DNA of 64,000 nt from Chitinivibrionales bacterium (GCA_038247415.1 JBBRUX010000010.1:1-64000); one strand, 5' to 3'. Shown: positions 18,746-30,071, counted from the stretch's first letter. Made by a program: numbers and translations. Notes: generated by a model from the sequence alone, not told the origin.

Positions 18746-19984
18746 ATGGAATGGTTTGTTGCACTCCGCTACCTACGCGGAAAACGGCGTGTACAATTTA
18801 TTTCTCTCATTGCGTATATTTCTGCTGCCGGTGTCTTTTTAGGTTCCTTCGTTCTTGTTGTTGCTCTCTCTATTGCCAATGGTTTCGAAAAAGAGGTACG
18901 CGACCGGATCATTGGGATTTTTGCCCATGCGCGCGTTACTCAATATTATTCCCGCCCTATTACCAATCCAGATTCTTTGCGTCAAGTGATTCTTTTTAAA
19001 CCCGGAATCAGTGCGTGCGCACCATTCGTTAGTGGTAAAGGTTCGGTGGAGTGTGATGGCATTCAAGAAGGTGTTCTTATCATGGGGGTTGATGATTCCC
19101 TCGAGTCGGCTGTGACAGATTTGGGCTCAACCATTAAGATAGGCGCTTTTAATCTCGATTCGAACGAATCAAAACGTGGTAGGCGTTTTCCTGGCATACT
19201 TATTGGGTCTGGACTCGCCGAAAAGCTTGGTGCGCTTGTTGGTACTGAGATTGTTTTAGGTACTGTTTCGGCGGTTGCTGAGAATGAAGATCCTTTGTCG
19301 CATATTCGCGCTGGGCGCTACACCGTGGCAGGAGTATTTGAAACTGGGCTTTACGAATACGATTTGAATCTGGTGTATATATCGGTACAATCAGCTCAAC
19401 TGCTTTTTGATCAACTTGGGGTCGAGGGAATGCAGATAAAAACCAATGATGTTTTTAATGCCGATAAAATTTCAACGAATCTTATTGCTTCGCTAGGAGG
19501 CTATCCATACAAGGCCATCGATTGGAAAAATCAGAATAAAGCGCTTTTCAAATGGATGAAACTTGAACAGCTCATCATTTTTGTTGTCATTTCACTTATT
19601 ATCATTGTCGCTGCGTTTAATATTCTCTGTTCGCTTTTCATGATGATCCTTGAAAAACGTCGAGAAATTGGTATCCTGATGGGAATGGGTACGCAAAGTA
19701 AATCAATTATGAAAATTTTCATGTTTAATGGCATTATTATTGGCTTTTTTGGTTCAACGCTTGGTGTTCTTAGCGGTTTAGCGCTCTGTCTGATTCAAGC
19801 CAAATGGCATTTGATCCCGCTTCCGGGCGATGTTTACTTTATCACAACATTGCCGGTTCTCATTAATGGCTGGAATATCATTGCAATCTTTGTGGCATCC
19901 AATGTAATTTGTTTTTGTGCAACGCTCTATCCTGCGTGGCTTGCATCGCGTATTTTGCCTGCAGAATCTTTCCGAATGGAATAA
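18746..19984 (+). CDS. lolC: Lipoprotein-releasing ABC transporter permease LolC/E
   Basis: FVALRYLR, AAFNI, EKRREIGIL and LYPAWLAS motifs; upstream of lolD. Only one permease gene, so it could be LolF-type. Confidence 0.85.
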   Translation: MEWFVALRYLRGKRRVQFISLIAYISAAGVFLGSFVLVVALSIANGFEKEVRDRIIGIFAHARVTQYYSRPITNPDSLRQVILFKPGISACAPFVSGKGSVECDGIQEGVLIMGVDDSLESAVTDLGSTIKIGAFNLDSNESKRGRRFPGILIGSGLAEKLGALVGTEIVLGTVSAVAENEDPLSHIRAGRYTVAGVFETGLYEYDLNLVYISVQSAQLLFDQLGVEGMQIKTNDVFNADKISTNLIASLGGYPYKAIDWKNQNKALFKWMKLEQLIIFVVISLIIIVAAFNILCSLFMMILEKRREIGILMGMGTQSKSIMKIFMFNGIIIGFFGSTLGVLSGLALCLIQAKWHLIPLPGDVYFITTLPVLINGWNIIAIFVASNVICFCATLYPAWLASRILPAESFRME

Positions 19985-19985
19985 C

Positions 19986-20654
19986 ATGGTAACGGTAGAG
20001 AATCTTGTCAAGACCTATACCGACGGAATCAATGAGGTTCCTGTTATTAGGGGAGCCAATTTATCTTTGAGTAAAGGTGAAATGGTGGCGCTTGTTGGGG
20101 TATCCGGTGCCGGAAAAACTACGCTTTTACAAATGCTTGGTGGTCTTGATATACCAACGTCGGGCCTCATTAAGATCGACAATGAAGAATTGACATCGTT
20201 GCATGGTGAAAAAATTGCACTTTTTCGTAATAAAAAAATTGGCTTTGTTTTTCAATTTCATCATTTACTTCCCGATTTTACAGCAATCGAAAATGTTTTT
20301 ATGCCCGGACTTATTGGCGGTATTACGGTATCGGCTGGCATAAAACGGGCGCAAGAGCTTCTCGATCTGGTCGGCATGAATACACGAATGACGCATTTCC
20401 CCTCACAGCTTTCAGGGGGAGAACGGCAACGCGTGGCATTGGCACGATCCCTCTTCAATAAGCCTGCACTCATTCTTGCAGATGAGCCCACAGGTAATCT
20501 CGATAGAGAACATACTGCTCTTATGCTTGAGCTTATGCATCGAACAAATCGTGAGTTTGGGCAAACCTTCCTCATCGCAACGCATAATGAACAGGTGTGG
20601 TCTAATTTACACCGGACAGTCGTTCTTGAGTATGGCAAGATTGTCAATCAATAA
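19986..20654 (+). CDS. lolD: Lipoprotein-releasing ABC transporter ATPase LolD
   Basis: GVSGAGKT, GFVFQFHHLLPDF, LSGGERQR and DEPTGNLD motifs. Confidence 0.9.
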   Translation: MVTVENLVKTYTDGINEVPVIRGANLSLSKGEMVALVGVSGAGKTTLLQMLGGLDIPTSGLIKIDNEELTSLHGEKIALFRNKKIGFVFQFHHLLPDFTAIENVFMPGLIGGITVSAGIKRAQELLDLVGMNTRMTHFPSQLSGGERQRVALARSLFNKPALILADEPTGNLDREHTALMLELMHRTNREFGQTFLIATHNEQVWSNLHRTVVLEYGKIVNQ

Positions 20655-20772
20655 GCGCATACGATGTTTTTATAGCCTAAAACTTTGTGCCCATGAAATA
20701 CTCCACGCTTAAAAACATCTAATAGTATTTGCTCTATTTTAATGAGCTTAATCTAATCGTAAGGATTAAAGA

Positions 20773-22167
20773 GTGAAATCTGCTAACGTTATTGTGGTTG
20801 TATTGATTGCAGTGTTGTTGGTAGTAACTGCCTGGTTTTTGTTTGGTACTAAAAAAAGTGGTTCCAAAGAGCCACTTTATAAAACAGCGCTTATTTCACG
20901 AGGAGATCTGGCTTCTCTAATTACTGCAACCGGGACTCTTAATCCACGCCAAGTGGTTGCTGTGGGAACGCAGGTATCCGGAACGGTGGTACGATTACTT
21001 GTTGACTATAATAGTATTGTTAAAAAGGGAGATTTGCTGGCGCAGCTTGACACAACCTTTCTTGTGGCAGCACTGCGGGATGCCGAAGCAAACTTACTTC
21101 GTTCCGATGCGCAGCTTTCCCTCTCAGAAGCATCACGTAAACGCGTTACCGAGCTTTTTGAAAAAGGTTTCGCCTCTCAAACCGACCTAGATCAGGCTGT
21201 TGCTGATCATAAAATTGCTCTTGCCAGTCGAACAAGTATTATATCCCAGCTCGAGAGAGCTAAAATTAATCTCCGCTATGCTACCGTATTTTCTCCGATA
21301 GATGGCGTTGTTATTGCCCGTAATGTTGACGTAGGACAAACTGTCGCGGCAAGTCTTTCTACGCCAACCCTTTTTAAAATTGCGGCCGATCTCGGTTTGA
21401 TGCAGGTGCTCGCAAGTGTTGACGAAGGAGATATCGGTCAAGTTCACAAAACGCAAAGTGCAACCTTTACCGTTGATGCCTATCCAGAAAAAACATTTAC
21501 TGGAAGTGTAAGCCAGATACGTTTAGAGCCTTCGACTAATCAGAATGTGGTATCGTATACAGTCCTGATAGATGTTCCAAACCCGTCACATCTTCTTATG
21601 CCTGGTATGACCGCAAATATTACCATTGCCATTAATAGTGTTACCGATGTTTTGCTGGTTCCCTCTGCGGCTTTGCGATTTCGTCCTCCTTTTTCTAAAA
21701 AAGAGCGAAGTGGGGACAAGTCTGCATGGAGTGTTAAAGAAAAAAGTATCGATCATTCTTTGGATAATGCTCAAGGATCTGCAAAAAAGAAAGTGCCCGA
21801 AGTCGCCTCCACTCAAACTGATACTTCACGCAATCCTGAATTTCGTCGTCACCGAAGGGGTAATAGTCAAAACGAAGTGGTTGCAGGTCCCCCATCGGGA
21901 TCGCGAGGCGAATTTATCCTTCCTGATGCTGAAAGTCAACCAATACCCGGGCGCATTTACAAACTAGTTCATGATACGCTAGCTTCGGCGCGGATAATGG
22001 TGCTTCTTAATAACGGAACAATGGCAGCTATTTCCGGAGAAAATCTTGAGGGTACATCAGTTGTGCTTTCTCTTACTCAGCCTGCAAAGAAAAAGGATTC
22101 GAGTCAGCAAAAAAACCCATTTGCTGCGCCAGCCACCCCTGGGGGAATGGGTCGAGGATTTCGATGA
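20773..22167 (+). CDS. MacA-like periplasmic adaptor (membrane fusion protein)
   Basis: VGTQVSG, SPIDGVV, GQTVAASL, FTVDAYP and LMPGMTA motifs. Confidence 0.9.
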   Translation: MKSANVIVVVLIAVLLVVTAWFLFGTKKSGSKEPLYKTALISRGDLASLITATGTLNPRQVVAVGTQVSGTVVRLLVDYNSIVKKGDLLAQLDTTFLVAALRDAEANLLRSDAQLSLSEASRKRVTELFEKGFASQTDLDQAVADHKIALASRTSIISQLERAKINLRYATVFSPIDGVVIARNVDVGQTVAASLSTPTLFKIAADLGLMQVLASVDEGDIGQVHKTQSATFTVDAYPEKTFTGSVSQIRLEPSTNQNVVSYTVLIDVPNPSHLLMPGMTANITIAINSVTDVLLVPSAALRFRPPFSKKERSGDKSAWSVKEKSIDHSLDNAQGSAKKKVPEVASTQTDTSRNPEFRRHRRGNSQNEVVAGPPSGSRGEFILPDAESQPIPGRIYKLVHDTLASARIMVLLNNGTMAAISGENLEGTSVVLSLTQPAKKKDSSQQKNPFAAPATPGGMGRGFR

Positions 22168-22892
22168 TCCTGCCTATAATAGAGCTCGCAGGTTTGCACA
22201 AAGAATATGGGATTCAACCTTCTAGTGTTGTGGCATTGCGGGATGTTTCTCTGTCTATAGAGAAAGGTGAATTTGTTGCCATTATGGGTGCAAGCGGGAG
22301 CGGAAAATCGACACTCATGAATATTCTGGGGTGTTTAGATGTCCCAACCAAAGGCACATATCGTTTATTAGGTGAAGAAGTTGGAATCCTCAATAGAGAT
22401 GAGCTTGCCAAAATCAGAAATATTCGTATTGGGTTTGTTTTTCAATCGTTTAATTTATTGGCACGAACTTCCGCTCTAGAAAATGTTGAGCTTCCGCTTT
22501 TGTATAATAGTTCTGTAAGTCCCAAAAGTGCTCGGCAAAGGGCATTGTCAGCACTTTCAATGGTAGATCTTTCAGATCGCTCCCATCACTCACCCCAGGA
22601 ACTCTCAGGTGGTCAACAACAACGCGTTGCTATTGCTCGCGCTATTGTCAACGATCCAATACTCATACTTGCCGATGAACCAACAGGAAATCTTGATAGT
22701 GCAAAAAGCGAAGAAATTATGGCAATTTTTCAGGATCTTAACAACCGTGGTATTACAATTGTTCTTGTGACTCACGAAGAGGATATTGCACTTTGCTGCA
22801 AAAGAAAAATTATGTTTCGAGATGGTCACCTGGTTAACGATGCCATGATCCCTCATCAGCGCGTGTGTTCTCCTGCCAAGGAGATATCTTGA
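22164..22892 (+). CDS. MacB-type ABC transporter ATP-binding protein
   Basis: GASGSGKST, LSGGQQQR and DEPTGNLDS motifs. Confidence 0.93.
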   Translation: MILPIIELAGLHKEYGIQPSSVVALRDVSLSIEKGEFVAIMGASGSGKSTLMNILGCLDVPTKGTYRLLGEEVGILNRDELAKIRNIRIGFVFQSFNLLARTSALENVELPLLYNSSVSPKSARQRALSALSMVDLSDRSHHSPQELSGGQQQRVAIARAIVNDPILILADEPTGNLDSAKSEEIMAIFQDLNNRGITIVLVTHEEDIALCCKRKIMFRDGHLVNDAMIPHQRVCSPAKEIS

Positions 22893-24106
22893 GAGCACTT
22901 ACCGTAACTACCATTGCCTTTCGTTCGATTAGGCGCAATCCGTTAAGGTCTATTTTAACAATGCTCGGTATTGTAATTGGGGTGGGGGCGGTTATCGCTA
23001 TGCTCGGGGTTGGCAAAGGTGCCAAAGACGCTATACGTTCTCAGATTGCAGCCCTTGGGACCAACGTTGTAATGGTAATGCCGGGTGCTTTTACATCCAG
23101 TGGGGCTCGTGTGGAGGCAGGAACAACATCGCGCCTTACCCTAGAGGATATTCGGGCAATTCAATCCAGCTGTCCTGCGGTAGCACATGTGTCGCCGATA
23201 GCGCGCAGTGGGGCACAGCTCAAATATTCAAATCAGAATTGGAGAACCTCTGTGTATGGTGCCTATCCGGGGTATTTTGACATTCGGGATTGGCGTGTGG
23301 CAGAGGGGAGTGCCTTTACTGATGTAGAAGAGCGCGCAAGTGCAAAGGTATGTGTAATTGGCGCAACCGTTGCGCTTAATCTCTGTGGTGAGCAAAGTGC
23401 TGTCGGGGCAGTGATACGTATTAGAAATCTTCCCTTCAAGGTTATAGGGGTTCTTGCGGAAAAAGGTCAGAATGCCACAGGGCAGGATCAGGACGATATT
23501 GTTATTGCCCCCTTTTCTACAGTCCAGAAAAAACTCACCGGATCAATTTTTGTAAATTCCATAATTACATCAGCCATAAGCTCAACAAGTATCGATGATG
23601 CTCGAAGTCAAATAAACGAAGCCATGGTTGCCCAACGAAAGGGAGTGGGTGGCGATGGCGTCGACTACACCATTCGTACCCAAACTGAGCTCGCTTCCAC
23701 TGCAGAAAGCACGGCAAAAACAATGAGCATGCTTTTAGCAAGCATTGCAGCAGTTTCGCTTCTTGTTGGTGGCATTGGTATCATGAATATCATGCTTGTT
23801 TCTGTGGCCGAACGTACGCGGGAGATCGGCATACGTATGGCTGTTGGCGCTCAAGGATTCGATATACTCACACAATTTCTCATCGAATCGATTGTTTTGT
23901 CTGTCCTTGGAGGAATTGCAGGTATCGTATTTGGCGTTTCTACGGCGCTGGGTATCGGGATACTCCAGCATTGGCCTGTTGCAGTTTCGATATCCTCAAT
24001 TGCTCTTGGCTTTGGTTTTTCATTTGTGATAGGTGTTTTTTTTGGGTGGTATCCCGCTCGCCGAGCATCGCGGCTTAATCCCATTGTTGCCCTCCGCTAC
24101 GAATAA
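22889..24106 (+). CDS. MacB/FtsX-type ABC transporter permease
   Basis: RSILTMLGIVIG, VGGIGIMNIMLVSV.ERTREIG and LNPIVALRYE motifs; TTG start overlapping the upstream TGA. Confidence 0.92.
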   Translation: MRALTVTTIAFRSIRRNPLRSILTMLGIVIGVGAVIAMLGVGKGAKDAIRSQIAALGTNVVMVMPGAFTSSGARVEAGTTSRLTLEDIRAIQSSCPAVAHVSPIARSGAQLKYSNQNWRTSVYGAYPGYFDIRDWRVAEGSAFTDVEERASAKVCVIGATVALNLCGEQSAVGAVIRIRNLPFKVIGVLAEKGQNATGQDQDDIVIAPFSTVQKKLTGSIFVNSIITSAISSTSIDDARSQINEAMVAQRKGVGGDGVDYTIRTQTELASTAESTAKTMSMLLASIAAVSLLVGGIGIMNIMLVSVAERTREIGIRMAVGAQGFDILTQFLIESIVLSVLGGIAGIVFGVSTALGIGILQHWPVAVSISSIALGFGFSFVIGVFFGWYPARRASRLNPIVALRYE

Positions 24107-24254
24107 ATGCCCCTTTGTTTACCTCATGCTGCACGTGAGATGTACTGTGTGAGAATTGTGTTAGGATAAAAAGTGTTCATAAAATCGCAATATAGTCATA
24201 TACATAACGTATTTTACTTGTTTTTTAAGAGCATTGCTTAACAATAGTTACCAT

Positions 24255-25970
24255 ATGACGCAACTCATTGGCGAAATACTCCTTTCTCGTGGCACATTTG
24301 ATACGCAGCTGCTCGAAAAAGCGCTATCTCTTGCAGAGGTGTCCTCACGCCCCTTGGGTGCGGTCTTAATTTCCGATTTTGGTATTTCTGAAATCGATGT
24401 GTATAAGGCGCTTGCTGTGCAATGTGCACTTGATTTTTATGCAACTATTGCATCCTCCGATGTTTCAGTGTCTGCTGTCAACGAATTGCCTCCTGAAGTA
24501 TTTGCGCAGTATCGCTTTGTTCCGCTTTTTTCGGATGATCAGACATACACCGTTGTTATTGACGACCCTTTTGATTTCGAACTAATTGCGGTATTGCAAA
24601 GCACTACAGGAAAGTCAATCCGCGTGGGTCTTACTACTCCGGGGGCGCTTTCTGCGGTGCGAACAGAGGCTCAAAATAGCGATTCGTTTTTTCATCAATC
24701 TGCGCTTTCTATAACGCGCGAATACGAACAGAAAAATTTTGCCGATGACTCTGCGCTGTCCATCGAGGAAATTAAAAAACGGACAGAATCGGAACCCGTT
24801 GTTAAGCTGGTTGCACTTATCTTCGACGAAGCCCTCAAACGCCGAGCATCCGACATCCATATAGAACCAGCAGAAGAGGTTGCAGCCGTTCGGTTTCGCA
24901 TCGATGGCTTATTAGCGCCTTTTATGGAGGTGACCAGATGGATGTTTGTACCGCTTACTTCGCGTATTAAAATTATGGCAGATCTGGATATTGCCGAAAA
25001 GCGTATTCCTCAAGATGGGCGCATTCGCTATTCTCTTGGAAGTACCACCTACGATTTTCGCGTTTCTCTTTTGCCAACACATCATGGCGAAAAAACGGTT
25101 ATTCGTGTACTCAAGCACGATGCGGCACTCCTGTCGCTTGAGCGTATCGGGCTTTTGGATCGCGAACGAGAACTTATCGAACAAGCTATCGAAAAACCTC
25201 AAGGGATGATCTTTGTAACCGGGCCAACCGGTAGTGGTAAATCATCTACTCTTTTTGCAAGTCTTAATAAAATTAGAACAAAAGCTATTAATATCACCAC
25301 GATAGAAGATCCCATCGAATATAAAATTCAGGGTATTAACCAGGTTCAAATCAACGAAAAAGCAGGGGTTACCTTTGCTGCTACGCTGCGATCTATTTTG
25401 CGTCAAGATCCCGATGTTATTTTGGTTGGAGAAATCCGCGATCGAGAAACCGCCGAAATTGCAATGCAAGCTTCACAAACAGGACATCTTGTATTTTCTA
25501 CGTTGCACACTAATGATGCGGTATCTGCAATAACACGCCTTAGAGATTTAGGTATTCCGTCGTTTCTTATTGCATCTTCACTTTTGGCAATTGTTGCACA
25601 ACGTCTTGTGCGAGTATTGTGCCCTGCATGCAAAAAGAGAGGATCCATGACCCAAGAGCTCAAAACGCGATGGAAGCTTGTGTTTGGCGATACTATTCCC
25701 GATCTTGTTTACTCAGCAGTAGGATGTGATGCCTGCAATGGAATTGGATATAAGGGCAGATCGGGGATTTTTGAAATCGTCTCGGTTACCGATGTTTTGC
25801 GCATGCAGATAAATGAGAATGCTTCCGAGGCTAATCTTCGCAAAAGTTGTGTTGAACACGGAATGCTTTCGCTGGTTCAAAATGGCATGCAAAAAGTTTT
25901 TGATGGTACAACAACTCCCGAAGAAGTGCTTCGGGTAGTCATGATCGATGATATGGGTAAAGCCCTGTAG
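24255..25970 (+). CDS. GspE/PilB-family secretion/assembly ATPase
   Basis: ASDIHIEP, EKRIPQDGR, GPTGSGKS, LRQDPD, TGHLVFSTLHTN and tetra-Cys (CPAC...CDAC) motifs. Confidence 0.95.
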   Translation: MTQLIGEILLSRGTFDTQLLEKALSLAEVSSRPLGAVLISDFGISEIDVYKALAVQCALDFYATIASSDVSVSAVNELPPEVFAQYRFVPLFSDDQTYTVVIDDPFDFELIAVLQSTTGKSIRVGLTTPGALSAVRTEAQNSDSFFHQSALSITREYEQKNFADDSALSIEEIKKRTESEPVVKLVALIFDEALKRRASDIHIEPAEEVAAVRFRIDGLLAPFMEVTRWMFVPLTSRIKIMADLDIAEKRIPQDGRIRYSLGSTTYDFRVSLLPTHHGEKTVIRVLKHDAALLSLERIGLLDRERELIEQAIEKPQGMIFVTGPTGSGKSSTLFASLNKIRTKAINITTIEDPIEYKIQGINQVQINEKAGVTFAATLRSILRQDPDVILVGEIRDRETAEIAMQASQTGHLVFSTLHTNDAVSAITRLRDLGIPSFLIASSLLAIVAQRLVRVLCPACKKRGSMTQELKTRWKLVFGDTIPDLVYSAVGCDACNGIGYKGRSGIFEIVSVTDVLRMQINENASEANLRKSCVEHGMLSLVQNGMQKVFDGTTTPEEVLRVVMIDDMGKAL

Positions 25971-25998
25971 AATACATCTTTATGTAAGGCGTAACGAT

Positions 25999-28272
25999 AT
26001 GATCCCACTACGAGGAACTCTTTTGGTAAGCGTCGGGTTTGTGGTATGTTTGCTTTCTGGCACAGCACAAGCAAAAAAAAATGTGGTACCAGAATCAAAG
26101 CCACCAGTTGTTGAAGCTAGCCCCGTCGCCCCAGAATTGCAGATTATGTCGCCGCTCGATGTCAAGGATGCCGACATCCAAGATGTGATGCGAACTATTT
26201 CCAAGGCATATAATATCAATTTGTTGCTTGACAAGGATGTCGTGGGCAAAATTACGGTACATCTTTCGGATGTTCCGGTTATAGAAGGAATCCAGACAAT
26301 TGCACGGTCTAATAACCTTGAAGCCGTTAAAGAGGGTAGTGTATATCGTATTCGTAAAGCTGCAGAAGAACAACGTACCATCATTAATTTTATTCGTGGA
26401 AAACTAAGTGTCGATGTTCAAAATATCGATGTTCGCGATTTTATCAAGGATGTAAGTGCCAAATCAGCAACAAGCATTGTTCCAGATAGTAAAGTAGACG
26501 GAAAGGTTTCGGGAAAACTGTATAATGTAGAGCTCGAAGATGGGCTTCGCGCTATCCTCGAGGGTAATGGTTATAGCGTTAGTAAACGAAAGGGAATTTT
26601 TCAGGTTACTATAGATCCCGACAAACAAATAGCATCGGGATCTGGTGGGGGAGGGGGCATGCCTATGCGTGGTGGCTACCGCTCAAATCCGTCCTCTTTT
26701 TATATCGATTATAATAAGGGTCGTATTTCTCTCGATGTTTCCAACGGGTCACTACAGGATGTCATTAAGGCAATTGCCCAGCAGTCGGATATGGAAATTA
26801 TTACCTATGGAACAATCAATGGGGAAATAAATGCCAAGCTTAAAGATGTTCCGCTAACTCAGGCGCTGGCTTTATTGCTTGGCGGAACCATGTTTACTTT
26901 TGTGCAAAAAGATAGCATTATCCTAATCGGCGATCGTAATTCCGCTACTCCTTCAGGTCAGGCATTGTCTAAATCGGAGCTTATTCCGCTTAAATGCATC
27001 AAAGCAGATGGTGTGCTTGCAATATTGCCTAAAAATATTCCTGCAATGAACATTCGTGTTGTAAAAGAACAAAATGCATTGCTTGTTTCGGGTACATCGG
27101 AAGATATTGTTGCAGTGAGGGATTTTATTGAGACCGTAGATATTCCAACGCCTCAGGTGAGTATTCGTGCTGTTATCGTGGAATATAAAGAACAGCTTGG
27201 GACCGAGTTTGGTCTTAACGCATTAAAAAGTTCAGAAACAATTGGCAAAAGCTACAAACAAATCCCATTTCCTGCAACCGTCTACACGCCAGCGGCAAGT
27301 TCCGTAGAACTCGGTATAAATAGCATGGATGCTAAGTCGTTGCTCGACCAAGTTTTTCGTGGCAGTTATGCTAGAAGGATTATTGGAAAGCTACCTGATG
27401 ATTTTTTCTTAATTTTGCGTGCTATGGAAAATGAGTCTAAGGCAAAAGTTCTTGCACAACCTCAGGTGATGACACTTAATGGTAATAAAGCATCTATTAA
27501 TGTAAACGAAACTCAATATTTTGAATTTGAACAAGGCACGGCAGAAAATAAAACGACGCGCTTTCAGCCTATTACCTTCGGTATCAAGCTTGATATCACT
27601 CCCTGGATTTCTCGCGGTGGTCAAATCACTACCGAAATTTCGCCAGAGGTTTCTAATTCCGATGGCCCCAATCCTAAAGGCTATCCTAATGTGTCAACAA
27701 GATCGCTTTCAACAACGGTAAGGGTCAAAGATGGCGAAACAATTATATTAGGTGGGCTTATTCAAAATCGTGAAAGCAATGCTATTAATAAAATTCCTTT
27801 GCTTGGTGATATACCATTTATTGGATTTTTATTTCAGTATAAAACAACTCAACGAATTAAATCAAATCTTGCAATATTTATTACGCCAACAATTCTAGCT
27901 TCCGATTCATCTTCGGTTAGCATTAACGATTATTTAGGTCATCGCGATAGTAAAGATCAAGCCCTTTTCGAAGATCAATTTGGAGCAAGCAAAGGAGATA
28001 AAAATCGCAAAGAATCAAGCAAGGGCGAAGGGGTAGAAGTTCCTCGCGCTCCATTGGCGAAAGTCGACACAGTCAAGACAGTTCAATCTACGATTATCGT
28101 ATCTCCAACAGTGCCGACCCCGATACGCATAGACTCTCTGGCTATCAATAAGAAAACTATACCAAACGCTACTTCCAAGCCAGTTTTTAATGTAAATCAC
28201 AGTGAACCCGTCGAACAAAATAATGACAGTCCCGATTCAGATTCTCTCGTAACGCAACCCGAGCAGCAATAA
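25999..28272 (+). CDS. Secretin (GspD/PilQ family) with repeated N-terminal STN/N domains
   Basis: Signal peptide, repeated DV..xDI.D motifs, AKVLAQPQVMTLNG and GETIILGGLI...KIPLLGDIPFIGFLF motifs. Confidence 0.93.
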   Translation: MIPLRGTLLVSVGFVVCLLSGTAQAKKNVVPESKPPVVEASPVAPELQIMSPLDVKDADIQDVMRTISKAYNINLLLDKDVVGKITVHLSDVPVIEGIQTIARSNNLEAVKEGSVYRIRKAAEEQRTIINFIRGKLSVDVQNIDVRDFIKDVSAKSATSIVPDSKVDGKVSGKLYNVELEDGLRAILEGNGYSVSKRKGIFQVTIDPDKQIASGSGGGGGMPMRGGYRSNPSSFYIDYNKGRISLDVSNGSLQDVIKAIAQQSDMEIITYGTINGEINAKLKDVPLTQALALLLGGTMFTFVQKDSIILIGDRNSATPSGQALSKSELIPLKCIKADGVLAILPKNIPAMNIRVVKEQNALLVSGTSEDIVAVRDFIETVDIPTPQVSIRAVIVEYKEQLGTEFGLNALKSSETIGKSYKQIPFPATVYTPAASSVELGINSMDAKSLLDQVFRGSYARRIIGKLPDDFFLILRAMENESKAKVLAQPQVMTLNGNKASINVNETQYFEFEQGTAENKTTRFQPITFGIKLDITPWISRGGQITTEISPEVSNSDGPNPKGYPNVSTRSLSTTVRVKDGETIILGGLIQNRESNAINKIPLLGDIPFIGFLFQYKTTQRIKSNLAIFITPTILASDSSSVSINDYLGHRDSKDQALFEDQFGASKGDKNRKESSKGEGVEVPRAPLAKVDTVKTVQSTIIVSPTVPTPIRIDSLAINKKTIPNATSKPVFNVNHSEPVEQNNDSPDSDSLVTQPEQQ

Positions 28273-28278
28273 AGGCTT

Positions 28279-29532
28279 ATGGCAGCAGCGACATTAAAAA
28301 AATCCTGGGCGCTTGTTCCCCATACCTCTCAAGGGTATGTTTTGGGGTGCGTAAGCTATTCCTCACGGGGGTACTGTTATACACAAAAAAGTTTTAATAT
28401 AACAAGCCCACTCGATACGTTTATGCTTTTAGGTAAAGGCGTTCTGTCTACTACGCAAACAACCTGGCATGTTCAAAAATTTGATACGGACACCCAAGCA
28501 ATAGACGAGTCACTTCGTGGTATGGTATCGGTTGGCGATGGGTTTACAACAGCGCAGTATCATCGCAACGATATCGAATTTACGCGTACCGCAATTGCTA
28601 AAAATTGCAGTGGTGTTGTTTCTTCAGATTCGTATCTTTGCACTATCCCTATGGCCTTGGGGGATCCCACAATCGAATCATTTTTTTGTATTCATCGGTT
28701 GGGTGAAATAACTCGAATTGGGCTTGTTGCTAAGAAAGCTTGCATTGCCGTTTTTACCGAGGTAACAAGCATTGCCGACGCATCCAGTTATCTCTTTAGA
28801 ATTCTTAACTATTGTAAACGGATGCTTCCACAAATCGAGATTCCTAAAACAGCCTATATTCTTGGATGTGCAACGCTTGCTAACAGCCGCTTTACGGTAG
28901 TGACTTGTTCGATTGATACGCTTACCGGACTCAATGATTCTTTTGAATCGTTAAGCGCCTGTGGTGCCGCACTCACCGTGTTTGTCTCAAATACTCCACT
29001 GCTTATGCCTGCATGTGAAGAGTCTTCTTTTCGGGCTTTGCGTGTTGGGCTTTTAAGAGCTGCGGTTGGAATAATTGCCCTAGCAATTGCTGCAATTGCT
29101 GTGTTTGGCGTACTTCGCGAAGTTAAAAAGAAGGATTTCGCTTACATAAGTGCGCTCTGTGAACAAACCCTTCATCAAGATACTAACAGTGTAAAAATAC
29201 TTGACTCTATAAAAGTGCTTACGCAAAAAATCGATACTGCAAGCGGGCGGATACAGGATAGGGTTCAGTGGTCTGCTATATTGTCAAGTTTTGGTGCAAC
29301 GCGTCCCGATGGTTTGTTGTATGAACGTATGGGAAGTGAACCTGTTCCACACAATGATCTAGGCGTTAGAATTGTCCTGTGGGGAAATACGCTTAACGAA
29401 CGGGCTGTTACCCAAGCAATCGAAAATCTCATGGCAACAGGTCTTTATTCAGAAGTTACGTTGGCATCTCTGGAGCGTCGAGAGGCGCCTTCTACAAAGA
29501 GCAACTTTAGGATTGTATGTACCGTCAAATAA
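28279..29532 (+). CDS. Putative GspL / PilM-PilN-like alignment-complex protein
   Basis: Cytoplasmic N-domain, single TM, coiled coil and a PilN-like C-terminal domain (WSAILS...PDGL...IVLWG...NF.IVC); position in the cluster. Confidence 0.55.
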   Translation: MAAATLKKSWALVPHTSQGYVLGCVSYSSRGYCYTQKSFNITSPLDTFMLLGKGVLSTTQTTWHVQKFDTDTQAIDESLRGMVSVGDGFTTAQYHRNDIEFTRTAIAKNCSGVVSSDSYLCTIPMALGDPTIESFFCIHRLGEITRIGLVAKKACIAVFTEVTSIADASSYLFRILNYCKRMLPQIEIPKTAYILGCATLANSRFTVVTCSIDTLTGLNDSFESLSACGAALTVFVSNTPLLMPACEESSFRALRVGLLRAAVGIIALAIAAIAVFGVLREVKKKDFAYISALCEQTLHQDTNSVKILDSIKVLTQKIDTASGRIQDRVQWSAILSSFGATRPDGLLYERMGSEPVPHNDLGVRIVLWGNTLNERAVTQAIENLMATGLYSEVTLASLERREAPSTKSNFRIVCTVK

Positions 29533-30071
29533 GTATACTGCTTAAACGAGAATCGCTTGCATGTCTACTTTTTTCTGTGGCATGTGCGATTGCTCTTGTG
29601 TGTATTCAAGTGTATGTTATTCCACTCCGTTCGGCTCTTACCGTTCTTGATGGGCGGATACATGCTTTATATACGCTTGCCGGGGAGAAAAAAGATTTCT
29701 CAGAATTGCTTACCATGCTTGGCCATAAAAAAGATACCTTAAGTTCCTTTGTTCGTACAAAAAATATCAATGGAGCCGATACCCTCGATATGAATGGCCT
29801 GCTATCATTTCTTATCGATCAAGCACATGTATCAGGAATAGAATTTGTAAAGATGTTGCCCCAGGTAAGCGAAAGCTCAAAGCCCACCGTGGGGTATCCA
29901 ATTGTTCTTGAAATGAATGTTCCGTATAATGCTCTTGGTTCATTTGTTGCTTCACTAGAGCGAAATCAGCTCTTGCTCCGAATCGATCGAGTTGCAATCT
30001 TGGAGGCTAAGTCGCAAACTGTCTCTGCACGTATGCTCGTGACATGTTTTGCAGGGCGGGGTGCACCATGA
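29517..30071 (+). CDS. PilO/GspM-like protein
   Basis: N-terminal TM and YPIVLEMNVPYNALGSFVASLE motif. Confidence 0.7.
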   Translation: MYRQISILLKRESLACLLFSVACAIALVCIQVYVIPLRSALTVLDGRIHALYTLAGEKKDFSELLTMLGHKKDTLSSFVRTKNINGADTLDMNGLLSFLIDQAHVSGIEFVKMLPQVSESSKPTVGYPIVLEMNVPYNALGSFVASLERNQLLLRIDRVAILEAKSQTVSARMLVTCFAGRGAP